From positions 25,360,001 to 25,424,000 of the forward strand of contig CM097885.1 of NCBI GenBank assembly GCA_044892525.1: a stretch of DNA of 64,000 nucleotides, in the 5' to 3' direction. Both the position numbers and the translations under genes were made by a program. Under the pieces are notes generated by a model. It had not been told where the DNA came from. It ran no database searches and was given only the letters and a program-made list of their open reading frames with translations. The stretch is from Schmidtea polychroa. Taxonomy: Eukaryota. Positions 38,169 through 53,889 of this stretch are shown here, piece by piece (within the stretch, counting starts at the first letter, position 1; the number at the start of each line of letters is the position of its first letter).

Positions 38169-41100
38169 ATAAACAGCGCCTGAGAAATGAAAATTTTTTC
38201 AATGACAATTTTACATTAAAATTATGGTCTAAAATTTTCAATTAAGTAAATTAAGGTCTAAAATTTTCAATTAAGTAAATTATGGTCTAAAATTTTCAAT
38301 TAAGTAAATTAAGGTCTAAAATTTTAAATTAAAGTAAATTATGGTATATATTTTTAAACTTAAGTAAATTAAAGATAAATAAGCAAATTAAGGTCTAAAA
38401 TTTCCAATTAAGTAAATTAAGGTCTAAAATTTTCAAATAAGTAAATTATGGTCTAAAATTTTACATGAAATTATGGTCTAAAATTTTCAATTAAGTATAT
38501 TATGGTCTAAAATTTTAAATTAAAGTAAATTAAAGATAAATAAGCAAATTAAGGTCTAAAATTTTCAATTAAGCAATTTAAGGTCTAAAATTTTCAAATA
38601 AGTAAATTATGGTCTAAAATTTTACATGAAATTAAGGTCTAAAATTTTCAATTGAGTTCTAAAATAAAGTCTAAAATTTCAATTAAGTAAATTATGGTAT
38701 ATATTTTTAAACTTAAGTAAATTAAAGATAAATAAGCAAATTAAGGTCTAAAATTTCAATTAAGTAAATTATGGTCTAAAATTTTCAATTAAAGTAAATT
38801 AAGGTCCAAATTTGAATTAAAGTTAATTAAGGTTCAAAATTTAAAATTAAAGTAAATTAAGGTTCTAAAAAATTAAATTAAAGTAAATTAAGGTCCAAAT
38901 TTTTAAATTAAGTAATCAATGGTCAAATATTTTAAATAAGTAAATTAAAGTAATAATTTTTAAATAAGTAATGTAATAAGCAAATTAAAGTAAGATTTTA
39001 AATTTATTAACAAAATAATAGAAGGTGTTTGAGAATTGAAATTTTTTAATGAAATTTTTATGGAATAATTTTTAAGATAATTTTTAATGAAAATTTTTAT
39101 GAAATATTTTTCAATGAAAATTTTAAATGAAAACTTTTATAAAATATTTTTCAATGACAATTTTAGAAAAAATTTTTTGAAATAATTTTAGATTGAAATT
39201 ATGTAAATTAAGGGATACATTTTTAAATTAAAGTAATCAATGGTCTATATTTTAAACTTCTATATTCGGTAAACAAGGACTAAATTAAGTAAATAAAGGG
39301 TTAAATTAAAGAAAATTATGACTAAGTTAATTAGATTTAAAGAATAATTACCTTTTCATTTAACACTACAGTGTTAATTTTTACCATTTTAGAATAATAT
39401 TTTTTATCAAAGTTCTTATCTTGATTTATTTAATTTTAATTGAATGTAATGACAAAATAGAGCGTGTTGTCTTCAATTTTAATGAATTAATTTGAAAGAT
39501 TATTTAGATAAATTTTGGTGTTTAAGGTATTCATTAGTAATTATTTTTTTAGAGTTGATGGTTTTTGTGAATTTTTATCATTTTCGTGAATATCATGTGG
39601 ATTGAATGAATATTTAAAAATTTTAAGTTAGTTCTAAATAAATTTAATTAATTTCTTGATAATTGGATGCATTTTAATTGATTGGTTTTTTTTTTAAATA
39701 AAAATTATTTTTAATGACAGTCAGGTTAATAATCACGTGATAGGATATGACTTTGTAATATTTTTTTTTTCAATTATTTTCTAAGAATTTCATGTTGATT
39801 TATTAAAAAATTTAAAGCTTTAATGATGATTTTAATTGAATTTCTTGATAATTTGTTAAATTTTAAATAAAAATTAATTTTTTTTAATGACTGTTAGGTT
39901 AATAATTATGTAATTGGTTTAATTTTAGATGACTTTGTAATGCATTTGACTAAATAATTTTTTTCAATAATTTTCTAAGAATATTTACACATTGATGATC
40001 TTTAAAAACATAAGCTAAGAAACCAGTTAACTTTATCTCGGATAGATATTTTAAATTTACTTGAAATTTATGATTTAGTTTGTTATTATTGCTTGAAAAT
40101 GATTGGTTGAATCGTTGAAGAATTATGGTCAATTAATATATATCATCTCCAGTATTTGATGGTAAATATTTGTAGAAAATTTTAGTGAATTTTGATCTTT
40201 TACTACGCGAATTTAGATACTAAATTATTTCATAGATGTATTTTGGATGTCGATAACATTTAATAAAAATTCATATTTTTGAAGAATTCTCTAAGAATTT
40301 TAAGAGGATTGATTGAATTAAAGGAGGATTCAAGTGGGTAGAATTAATGGATATAGTCGGATAGATGTTTAAAGGGGTAGAAATATTTGGTGAGAGATCG
40401 ATTAAGCTGGGATATTGTCGGTGAGATTTAATGAGAGATCGGATAAGGTGGGAATATATGATCTTTTAAGGGGGATATAGTTGGTGGGATTTAATGAGAG
40501 ATCGGTTAAGATGGGAAAATATGATCTTTTGAGGGGATGTAGTCGGTTAAATTTAATGAGGGATGGGTTAAAATGGGAATATATCATTGTAAGGGAGATA
40601 TAGTCGATTGACTTTAATGAGAGAATATGATCTTTTGAGGGGATATAGTCGGCTAAATTTAATGAGGGATGGGTTAAGATGGGAATATATCATTGTAAGG
40701 GGGATATAGTCGATTGATTTTAATGAGAGATCAGATAAGGTGGGAATATATCATTGTAAGGGAGATATAGTCGGTTAGATTTAATGTGAGATGGGTTAAG
40801 ATGGGAATATATGATTTTTTAAGGGTGATGTTGGTAAAATATCAATGTTTTAAGGGAAATGGTAATTAGTCAGTTATGTATCAATAATAATTATATCGTT
40901 TTATTAGATTGTGATTAATGCACAGTAAATTAATTTAGAACATTGTTTTATTAAGTAGGGATAATGATCGATTTACTTGGTTTTGACAATGAAATCTTTA
41001 CAGATAATTGGGATTGACTTCAACTTTAAATTATTTTTATCTTTATTTAGACGGACAACGACAAAAGTTGGAAATATTGATTTAAAACGTCGACTAAAGA

Positions 41101-43498
41101 AAATTGATCTTTATTGGGAGAAATCTATCGGGTGATTTTAATTAGTAATTAAATCGGTTGGATATTGGTAAAAATGATCATTTGAAGAAATATGGATAAA
41201 TTGAATCTTTCTATGCAACTACTCAGTTATATTGTACAGTCAAATTTCAAGCAATATTTATTTTAAATTTCGATTACAGTGATTTATTTTTAGAACAAAA
41301 ATTTAATTATAACTGTTTTTTGTCATTAGACTTTATAAATTGTTTAGAGTTAATGATTTTACATGTTTTATAGGGAAATATTCGTGATAATAGGAATTAA
41401 AGATATAATTATAGTCATTTAAACGGGATTTTAAGCAATCCTTTTAGTCTGAGGGAAATATATAGCCTTTTAAGGGTATTTATCGATAAAATACTTATCT
41501 TTAAAGACATTGATATTTCATGGAAATTTGATGCTTTCTAGATGATTTTAGTAGAAAATTTACTTGGATATACCAATTATTGACATTTAAATGAATTTAC
41601 TGGTTTATTAGATGTCATCATTAGTTATCTAGTCTCTTTTGGAATTTAATGATAATTATTTTTATTGTAGATTGTTGACTTTGATAATGGTAATGAATTC
41701 ATACTGAATTTTGTGTATAATTTGAGGAATTAGTAAATAGATTTCAATATACGTGTATTACTTTTAAAAAATAATTAAAATTAATTTATTTCAATTAATT
41801 TATTCAATCTAAATAAATTATCTACTAGATCTTATTATCTTTATTATCTTAGTTGATTAACTTGAATGATTTTAGAAAATTTACTTGGATATACTTATTA
41901 TTGACATTTAAATGAATTTACTGGTTTATTAGATGTTATCATTAGTTATCTAGTCTCTTTTGGAATTTAATGATAATTATTTTTATTGTAGATTGTTGAC
42001 TTTGATAATGGTAATGAATTCATACTGAATTAATTTATTTCAGTTAATTTATTCAATCAAAATAAATTATCTACTAGATCTTATTATCTTTATTATCTTA
42101 GTTGATTAACTTAAATGATCAGTATTTTTTTTATTTACTGGATGATTAATGACTAGAATTTAAAGTTCTTTCGTCCATTACATTTTGTTATTTATTATGT
42201 TTTGAATAATTTAAATTTTTACAATGATTTATTTAATTTTTATCTAGTTATTGGAAAATCATACAAGTACTGGTAATCAGTTAATTAATGAATTGCATTT
42301 TTTTTATTAATTTTTCATCCAATTTTTCAAGTGAAGAGTATTTTCTTTTAAAGATCAATTTTTTATTACATAGTTGTTGGTTGTAAGTATCTGGTTGTTA
42401 ATATTTGGTATCTGATTGATAGAGTTTAGTTGTAGATGATGACAAGAATATATTGCATGTGATGAAGAATATTTTGTATTTAATTGCTATTATTTTTATG
42501 TGTTGTTAGTTGATTGTTGGTACTTGGTATCTTGTATTTAGTAGTTGGTACAGTGTTGTTTACTGATTGTTGTCATATAGTTGTATATATTTGTTAATTT
42601 CTCGATGGGTTTTGATGGTGGTTGTTAGTACATGGTTGTAAGTGTTTAGTATTTAGTTGTTTGAAACCTAGTGGTTAGTACATGGTAGCTAATTAATGAG
42701 TAGGTGGGGATTGAGTGTTACCAATATTGCAAGTGAAGAGGATTTTCTTTTAAAGATATATTTGTTATTACTTGATTGTTTTTACTTGGTTGTTAGTACA
42801 TGTTCGTAAGTTACTGGTTGTTGGTACTAAGTTGTTGGTATCTTGTATTTGGTAGTTGGTACAGTATTGTTTACTGATTGTTATATAGTTGTAGGTTGAT
42901 AATACTTAGTACCAGGTTGATGTTGGTTGTATGTACTTGGTATTTAGTTGTTAGCTGGTTGATGTTGGTTGTTAGTACTTGGTAGGTGGTGGTTGAGTGT
43001 TACCAATACCCCTACGACTAGTACCTTTACGACTAATACCCTTACGACCAGTACCCTTACGACCTGTACCCTTAGGGGGTCAAAATATCCTGTCGGATAA
43101 ACTCAGTATGTATATAATAAAACTGATCAACAATAAGTAGTTATTGAATGTGATTTTTACTTTGCAATAATAAGTCAGTAGTTATCAATTAAAAGAAGAA
43201 TGTTTTGTAAATTAGAATTCATTAGTATTTCATTGTAATTTAAATTATTTTGAATTCCAAGTAGTGATGAGTTGACAATTATTCATTTTTGTTAAATTTA
43301 GACATTTTGAAAAGATTTTTTCTACTGATTGTAATTAAACATATTTTTGAAGACAGATAAAAAATTAATTTAAAAATCATTTGATAAAATACAATAAAGA
43401 ATACTTAGTTGGTTGTTAGTACATAGTTGTAGGTACTTAGTAGTTGGTTGTATGTACTTGGTATCTAGTTGTACCTGATAGTTGTTGGTATCCGATTG

Positions 43499-43585
<87 letters not shown>

Positions 43586-44927
43586 GATTATAATTATTAT
43601 TATTTTTATCAATATTATTATTATTTTTATTATTATTAAAAATTATCTTAAAAAATATACGTTAAAAATTTTCATTTAAAATTTTCAATTCTCAATCACC
43701 AACTATTATTCCAACTTTTGTAAATAAATTTTAAAATCTAACTTTAACTTTTTTTACTTATTACATTACTTAAATTTACTTATTTAACTTTAATTTAAAG
43801 TTTTATTTTACCATTGATTACTTAATGTTAAATTTTGAACCTTAATTAACTTTAATTTATTTTTTAGAACCTTAATTTAGTTATTTGAGCCCATTGATTA
43901 CTTTAATTTAAATATTTGGACCTTAATTTACTTATTTGAACTCATTGATTGCTTTAATTTTAAATTTTAGACCTTAATTAACTTATTTGAACCCGTTGAT
44001 TAATTTAAATTAATTTTTTTTAGAACCTTAATTAACTCATTTGAACCCATTGATTACTTTAATTTAATTTTTTTTTAGAACCTTAATTAACTTATTTGAA
44101 CCTGTTGATTAATTTAATTTAATTTTTTTTTAGAACCTTAATTAACTCATTTGAACCCATTGATTACTTTAATTTAATTTTTTTTTTTGGATCTTAATTT
44201 ACTAATTTGAATCTTAATTTACTTATTACATTACTTATTTAAAAATTATTACTTTAATTTACTCATTTAGCTTTAATTTAAAATTTGAACCATTGTTTCC
44301 TTTAATTTCATAATTTAGCCTTTAATTTACTTATTTAACTTTAAATTAAAATTATTGACCATTGTTTACTGTAATTCAATTTTTAGACCCAATATTTAAT
44401 GTAATTCAAAAATTTGGACCATAATTTACTTTAATTTAATTTTTAGGTCCATAATTTACTGTAATCCAATTTTTAGACCCATAATTTGCTTTATTTTAAA
44501 AAAATTACCATGTTTTTTAGTGTAGACCACCTTTTTGTATTGAAAATAACCTGAGACCTTGAATTACCATACTTTTTTAGTGTAAACCGTCTTTTTGTAT
44601 TGAAAATCCTAGGACTATGGAGACTCTCTCACTATAGTGTGAAAAATCCATGCTTTTTTATTGGAGACTACCTTTTTCTATTGAAATTCTCAGGACCAAG
44701 GAGACCCACCCAAATAATATTTATCCTTGGCTTGTTTATTGAAAAAAAAAAAAAAAAAAAATTTTGTATTTAAAATCCCAGAAAACATTGGGCATTACGG
44801 CAACAATTATGTAATCAAAAAATGTCTACGGAAAAAGTTATGCAATCAAAAGTTTGCAACATTTTTTACCCCCCCCCCCCCCCCCCACCCTATTGCTGCC
44901 GTAAGCCACTAACTACTTACTCACCTT

Positions 44928-46378
44928 CGGCAAAAGATCTAGCTGCTTTTGGCGATAAGCTTGAAATCGTGGACGGAGTACACTTTGACTCGTCTTTATC
45001 AGGTGTTTTAAGACCGATTTTGCACGATTCCTTACGGAAATTAGCTTTCCACTCCATCCACGACTTACATCATCCAGGTTCGTCGGCTACCTTCAACCTA
45101 TTGCATTCACATGTGGTTTGGCCAGCAATGAGGCACGATATTAAATTGTGGGTGAGTCAGTGCATCGGTTGTCAACAACACAAGATCACTAGACACACTA
45201 AGCCACAGATGATTCACTATCCAACCGGAAATAGGTTCGAAATTCTTCACATCGACCTGGTCGGCCCCTTGCCTTCTGATCGCGGTTTTTCTTACTTATT
45301 AACCATGATTGACCGGAAAACGCGTTGGTTTGAAGTTATTCCTCTAAAAAACATTTCTGCTGAAATTGTAGCATATTCAATTTTGCAACATTGGATTTCT
45401 AGATACGGTGTTCCGAAATCAATAATCACAGACAGGGGATCTCAATTTGAATCCCAGTTATTTCAACAACTAACTGAAAAGCTCGGTATACAACACCTCC
45501 GTTCAACTGCTTACCATCCTCAGACAAACGGCATGATCGAAAGATTTCACCGTACTTTGAAGACTTCTCTTGGAATACTTTCATCGAGACTTAATTGGAC
45601 TAAAGCTTTACCCTTTGTCCTTCTTGGTTGGCGTAACACACCCTCCAGGACTACCGGAACTACACCGGCACAGTTACTTTTCGGTTCTTCAACATCGTTA
45701 CCTAACGAATTAGTTGATTTCGATAACGCTCCTACCTTTGAGGAATTAGATATGGCTAGAGATCATTTTCTCTCGATCGATAGCAACCCACAGTTTTCTT
45801 ATGCATCCTCATATACACCGTACGTCCCAAAGTCCTTCAAGGACGCTACTCACGTTTATCTCCGTAATATTACGGATTCAGGTCTAAAACCGAGATATTC
45901 GGGGCCTTACAAATTGATCGACATTAAGGATAACAATGCTCACATCGTTATTAACGGTGTTACCCAAAATATAAATTTGTGCCGACTTAAACCGGCTTTC
46001 ATGATTTCTGATGACGTGGACGAAGACAAACTTCACTCTGATTTAGAGAAAGTCTCAGTCGAACCCATTTCAACTACGTCGAACGAAAACCTTTCAGTAG
46101 AACCTGCCATGGACTCAAACGAAATCGCGCGTACCATGATCACAAACTACCAACGCGATGAAAATTTAGCTACAGAGAATACACATTCAGCAACAACAAA
46201 TCCACTAAATCTTCGCTCAATTGTTTCGAAACCCGACAAGCAGCGAACCGCGAAAAATGTGAAACATAGTGATAAGATTTGGGTGCGCCAAATTGGTGAA
46301 GACATTTCCAAACTTCCTAGACTTGCCAGAGTCTATTCCAATGAAAACTTGACACATCTGATGCTGAAATTCACTTAA
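44928..46378 (+). pseudogene. pol: Gypsy pol, 3' part: integrase
   Basis: HDLHHPG..CIGC zinc finger, HIDLVGP, ITDRGSQF, NGMIERFHRTLK and GPY motifs. Removing element C and one TSD restores the frame (GAC AAT CCA CCT TCG GCA AAA). Confidence 0.95.
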
Positions 46379-46547
46379 CTTTATTCCATATAATCAAATA
46401 ATTCATCAATCGCCGATTTCCTTTGTAGACACTATCCACCTTTGATAAATTGTCACTACTCTTCGACTTACATCTTGTTTCTGGAAGATCTTTCATCAAC
46501 CTCTATTCTTGAGTCCCTGTGCGCTCCGCGACTTCCCGTGGGGCTGA

Positions 46548-47553
46548 TGTAGTAAGCCGTTACACGGCCTTAACAATATCTATATACCTATTATACTATA
46601 TTATATTATATTATATTATATTATATTATATATATAAATGCGCGGTCACCAAAGAACAAGGACCAATCAGAACACAATTACAGTCAATCAAAATTCGTGC
46701 GATCAGCTAATACTTCTACTTATCAATCAGGCTCTATTAATCAATCTCAGACGAGTAAAGCAAATTCGATGCCATGTTATCATTATCAAGATAAACTGTA
46801 TTCGGCTCTCAATAGTTTTAGTGTTGGCTCTCATAGACCAACACCCTCATCCATTACAATTCGCGAAATACGGAACAAATCCTAACAATAATATGAACCC
46901 GAATAGATCTTTTTATCAAACCACCACACGTCTTTACAAATTCTGATCAATGTGATAATGCAAAAAAGGATCAGAACGGCAAAGGATATACATTTCCTCA
47001 AATATTGTATGCGAATGACAATGGTCAAATTGGTTCATGGACAAATCGGCAGGCTGTAAAATCTTTAGAAATAATCGGACTATATGAAATTATTATTTTT
47101 AGTTAACATTTTGTAAATGAGAAATGGCTGTTGAATATGTTTAACTGGTCTGATTATATTTACATTTTTTTATGTAGTTTCTATTATATATTTTTGTTTT
47201 ACTTATATATGAAAACTTTGTAATTCAAATTAAAAATTTTGGAATTTAAATAAAAACTGACATTAACTCTTTATGATTTATTTTATAAGTTTTCAATTTT
47301 ATCAGCCAATTTGTAGAAAAATGCGACCATTATATACATATAAGGAATTAATTAATTGGAAGCCAGTTAATACTAGCAACAAACGTATATTTGATTACCA
47401 GAAACCAATATTCCAAGAAATGAATGGAATGAAAGTTGTCGAAAATCATCATTCGCAACGCAATAAAGTTCTCTTATGTCATGATATGAAAGGCGGTTAT
47501 TTAGACGATGCTCTTACTGAAAATTCTATTGCCAAATTACCAGATCGGATTGC
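46548..47553 (+). repeat. 3' LTR (last ~14 bp missing)
   Basis: Matches the 5' LTR up to CAGATCGGATTGC, then TTTCGG filler, then polB resumes. Confidence 0.93.
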
Positions 47554-47559
47554 TTTCGG

Positions 47560-49214
47560 ATAGATTTCAAACGAAATTGTTGAAAGAAATCAGCCAAAAG
47601 AAAACAATCGAGTTTTAAGTATATCATCATGTAGTCTAATAAAGTTACGCAATTAGTTTCCACCCAAATCTCCTGAGATTTTTCATACTCAAGTTCAGTG
47701 ACACCTTCCCAGATCGGTGGTAATTCATAAGTAGTTTTGAGAATATCTAAAGATGTAGCGAAATTATAAGGAAAGATTCCTTTTTCAGATACTATAGTGC
47801 CAGTAAAAACAGAATTAGTTAAAGGTAAAGTATTCAATGTTTTGACTGCTTTAGCTAAAGAATCATTAACAAATTGATAAGAATCAATGAATCTTAAGCT
47901 AATTTTTCTTAAATGCGCAATCAAATCAATAAATTTTTCAGTTGTGATTGGGATACATCCTAAAGCCCAATTCTTGAATTTATTTAAACCATATTTAAGT
48001 ATATGGTGCATATCGTATCCTTTCAAGTTGTGAAATACGATAGGCAAAATTTTATTAATTTTCCTATTTATGTTGCATGTGCTACAAGCAGCACCCAAGT
48101 ATTTCCCAGTAAAATGATCGTGATCTCTAACAGGATCGACGATACATTTCATGCAAAGGTAACGAAGAAATGCACTATCAAATTGTTGTTGTTCGATATT
48201 AGTTAATTTCACCATAGGTTTCCTACCCATTTTATAATAAAAAGGAAGAACTTTATTTAATGCTATATCCTCTGTAGCACTTAAAAATCTCTCGACGCAA
48301 TCTAAACCTATGAACTGTTGATAAGATTAAGATCCGTCAAAGTTATTAACAAGTAAAAGACCAGCAGATATTGGCATGTGTCGTTGGAAGTGAATATTGT
48401 CAGAAGGTAAAATAGCCTCAAAATCGGCATAAACTACAAAAGGAGGAGTTACTGTTTTCGACCAGTCAGTAAACTGTAATAATTTATTTTGAGGAATGTG
48501 TAAAGCGTCGTTCCTAACTGATTTCTTTTACACAATACTTCATGTTTGTCTAGCACGTGTTTATATCTAAACCCGTTCAAACATAGCTGACACCAAAATG
48601 ATTGTATTCGTGTAGGATAACTAGTGTTGATATCACAATTCATTAACCTATTTAAGTTGTTTATAGAAATGTAATGGAAATTGTTTCCTTTATTTAATAA
48701 TAATAAATTAATTATAGTTCCATTTAAAACTTTGGAACGACGTATAATATCCAAATGCGGATGTTTAAAAACATAATTGTCGGTTAATTGTCTATTATTG
48801 TCATAAGTAAAAACATTAATTATTAAACCTGGATTTTTAGCTTCAAATTTTCTAATATCTTTTAGTTTCATTGGTAAATCTAATGAATCGTATACTAGGT
48901 CAGATAAATTATAACTTGATGTCCTATTTCTATATTGTCTAACAACCTCTTCATATTTTAAAATAGCTAAAATGTTATATAAAAAACACGAATCATCAGT
49001 GTTTTTTATATTGATTAAACACTTTTTATTTTTTAGATAAGTTGGGGTTTCAATAAAACTCCTACCCCTTAACCTACTTAACCTACTTATTTTAGTTATA
49101 GTGAAATGGATTTCTGTTATATTTTTTATAATCCAAATACTTCCTAACTCTGTAATACTAGTGATTTTTTCGTTTAATTCCCTAATACCTTGATTAAAAA
49201 ATGATGCAGTTAAC
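47560..49214 (-). pseudogene. polB: Protein-primed PolB, 5' part (element B)
   Basis: ORFs 47526-48230 (VRDHDHFTGKYLGAACSTCN, FHNLKGYD) and 48449-49216 are collinear with element E polB; frameshift and stop between them. Confidence 0.92.
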
Positions 49215-49650
49215 AAATTTACTTAGTGGAATAATGTAAAGTCAATTCAGTAGTTTAATAATTCTCGTATCTTATGCAAAAAAGGTTTTTGAAGTCAACC
49301 CTATTGGTTTTTCGTTTATTTTGAATCCCAAATCAATTCAGACTAAGGAATACCACATTAAATCGATATTTTGTGTGCAAGGTTTTAGTTATAAACAAGA
49401 ACTATTAACTTTATATGAATTGAAAATGTTATTATTAGTTTTAATATTAAAACCAATTTAAAAAATTCAACACTTGTATTAAAAGAATTTCAAAAAATCT
49501 CATCAATTTGTATAACCGAAATTAGAATCATCAAACTCTGCAAACTACTCAATAATATTTAAATTTCCATTATTTATTTTGAATTATTTTATAAATTAAA
49601 TAAAAATATTAATATGATTTTCCTTTTTATTAACAAAAATTAATATTATA

Positions 49651-49716
<66 letters not shown>

Positions 49717-49734
49717 TAAATTTAAAAACATTTA

Positions 49735-50730
49735 AATGAAAATTTAAGCCTTTTGCAGCGAATAATATATTTGTTGGGTTTTAATTTTTAAGTCCGTCCT
49801 CTCCCTCGTGTTCTTATTCAACCAAATAAATCTAAACTCTACACAGAATAATTTTATTTAATTTCAATCAAATTACAATTTGTCAATATTTGCATCTTTC
49901 TCATTTTTTTTCCTTTTTTTCTTTTCTATCAAATGGCGGCTTTCTTATTTCTGAGCTCTCTTTTAATACTGTTTCTGAGAGGCCAATTATCTAGAGAATT
50001 ACAATTAATTACAATTAACTCAAAATTTGAGGGTTTGCTAATTGTTTTAATTTGTTTACCTTTGATTAGGGCTCGAAATATTCCCTCTCTTATCTGATTG
50101 CTCGAGTATCTGCGCCTGGGGTTTCCTTCAGCGCTCGGGATTTCCATTACCGATTAATTAATTTTTATTAATTTGTGTTTTCGCATTAACTTTCCCTGCG
50201 AACACCTTATTAAATTTTCATTATAATTTCTGAACTCGCCTATCAATTTGGCGTTCAACCAACCCGATAGCCCGTTCAATATTGATTTTCGATTTTTAGA
50301 AAGTTTTAATTAATTTTTCACTTTTATTGATTTTAGCCATATTTGTTATGCTTTCCTTTAATATATAAATTTTTTGGTTTTTGGGCTAACCCCAAAGTAT
50401 TTAATGAAAAACTTTCGTCTATAAGATAGTCCTTTTCCATTTCATGGAGTTTAATTTCTTTTATTTTCTAAAATGCTCTTTGATCTTCTCTTTTATTTCC
50501 TTTTTTTACGTCTTCTTGGTTAAAATTAACAATAAACCTTTTTTCTGAAGAATTTAAAATTCTAAAAAAAATTTTTATAATAAATTACATATCCTTTAAA
50601 ATTCACAAAGATTCATTCAAAATTTTTTTTTGTAATTTCTAAAGCTTCTATAACAAGCTCCTAAAAACCAATTTTAATAAATACTATCTTAAAATATTTA
50701 TAAAATACAGTTTCCAATAACTATTTATAT
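49735..50730 (+). repeat. Dispersed repeat, copy 2 (paralog of 7370-8285)
   Basis: Same blocks as copy 1; lacks the MITE but carries its own insertion. Confidence 0.8.
49772..50396. mobile_element. Probable solo LTR
   Basis: TGTTGGGTT..AACCCCAAA flanked by ATATT/GTATT; the paralogous site near 7400 reads AATAATATATTTAATG (empty). Confidence 0.6.
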
Positions 50731-51724
50731 ATGCCATTTAAATATTTTAAAAAATGTTTCTATTTTGATTTTTAAATCCTAATGATTTTCTAAAATTATA
50801 TTTTATCTATATTATTTTAAATTTAAATTATTGTTTTAATATTTAATTTAATTTTTTATAAAAGCTATTCTCAAGGTCAAAATACAACAAATCAAATTGA
50901 TGATTTCATTAATCTCTTCTTTAGTGTTGATTGTTGGCCGTCTGTTTATTATGAGAATTGCTTCCTTAAATTTGACATTTTTTTTGGATGTTAGGTGAAT
51001 TTATTATAAATTTAAATAAAAATTAAACAATAAAAAAAATTTACATTTTTCCACCAAATCGGAATACGACTTCGACTCCCCAATAGAAACAGAGGCATTT
51101 TCGAGTTGATCCCCAATACAAACGGGAGCATATTTGTCGATTTTTCCATTAAAAGAAAATTTTAATATTTTTTAAAGAGAAAAATATAGTTTTTTCATTG
51201 TAAATTTATTTTTATGTTTTTTACCGAGAAAAATTACCTAAACTCTTTCATTTAAAAATAAATTTTAATATTCTTTATCGAGATCACAACAAGCAAAGGC
51301 TCGCAGATTCATTTTTGTCATGTCAAACCGATCGTAAAACCAACTTTAAACAGTTTAGCCATGATTTCAAATAGTCCATCAGGACTCCATTCCATCCAAA
51401 CTACAACAGACTCGTTTTAAAATGAAAGTATGTCCAAGGTTACAGCATTTATACAAATAAATACAATACAACATAAGCTCAATAATTGAGCTTAAATATG
51501 AATTGTTAGTACATAAATATTTAACATTTGTGTAATAAGAGCCCGTGACTAACACAGACATATAAAATACAAGTGAATGAAAAAACATATTCGCAGAAGA
51601 AATCATGATTAACAAAAACACGAGTAATAAAAATGCATCCTGTAATGCATCTCTCTAGATATTCATTTCAACAAATATTTATAAAACTTTTGATCAGTAA
51701 TTAAAAAACTAATCATGTATTTGA

Positions 51725-52933
<1,209 letters not shown>

Positions 52934-53889
52934 ACAAAAATATTTTTAATTTAAATAATATGATTAATTAATAAACAATTAACTTTATATTTTTTGTATG
53001 TGCAAAAAATACAATGAATTCAACTTTTGGAATAAATGTTGACAATGGTTTTTATTATTTTATCATAAATAATTATAATTATTTAAATTATAAAAATATA
53101 TAAAAGTATCAAAAATTATTCACATTTAATTCCATTTAAAAATTATTTTTCAGTAAAATATTTTTATATTTTCATCACTGATATATTTTCAATTTCCTTT
53201 ATCTTCATTTGTTTTTATATAATCAAACGATATTTCATGTTAAATGTAAAACAAAATATTGATCAATAGTCTAATATTTATGAAGACAACAGAAGAATTT
53301 CCATAAATTAAATATAGCCGTTGTCACTAAATTAATTAGGACTGAATATTTACAATGGTCCAGATAATATAATTCATGTAGATAATATAACGTAAATTAT
53401 TATTATTATTAGGAAAAGTTAATTATTCAATGTTTAAAATGACTATAAATATTTAAAATTGTAAATATCGCAGAATTATAAATTTTAGTATAGGGGCCCA
53501 TCGAAGATTGACAAAAAATGAACCCTTACATTAGGTGTACAAGATGTACAAGGTGTAATTCATGCGTTATGTGAAATATTACATTTCTGCAGATTTTAAT
53601 AGTCAAAGATTCTACAAATATTTTATTAAAGAAAATTGATTTGAAAATACAAATAAATGTTTCTTCAATGTTTTATTAAAAGTGACCCTTGGTGAGGATC
53701 TCAATAAAAAATAAAAAAACAGTTATTAAATAATTATACAAACTGGGTAAACAAATGGAACATAAAAAAAAACATTTGTTATGTGGAATCTTTCATGTTT
53801 CGAATGGTTGGAAAGTCATTGATAATATGTTTTTTGAAGGAGTGTAACTGGTTAGGGAAGAATTGGGTATTTATTTTTCAATATTCTTT

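Noticed and set aside
37800..38245. Paired short ORFs (60 and 72 aa) at the palindrome centre, and mirrored 60-aa ORFs in the arms
   Set aside because: They are by-products of inverted and low-complexity sequence with no recognisable motifs.
47548..47565. TSD of the Gypsy element
   Set aside because: The right junction has lost ~14 bp of LTR and ~16 bp of polB, so no TSD can be read.
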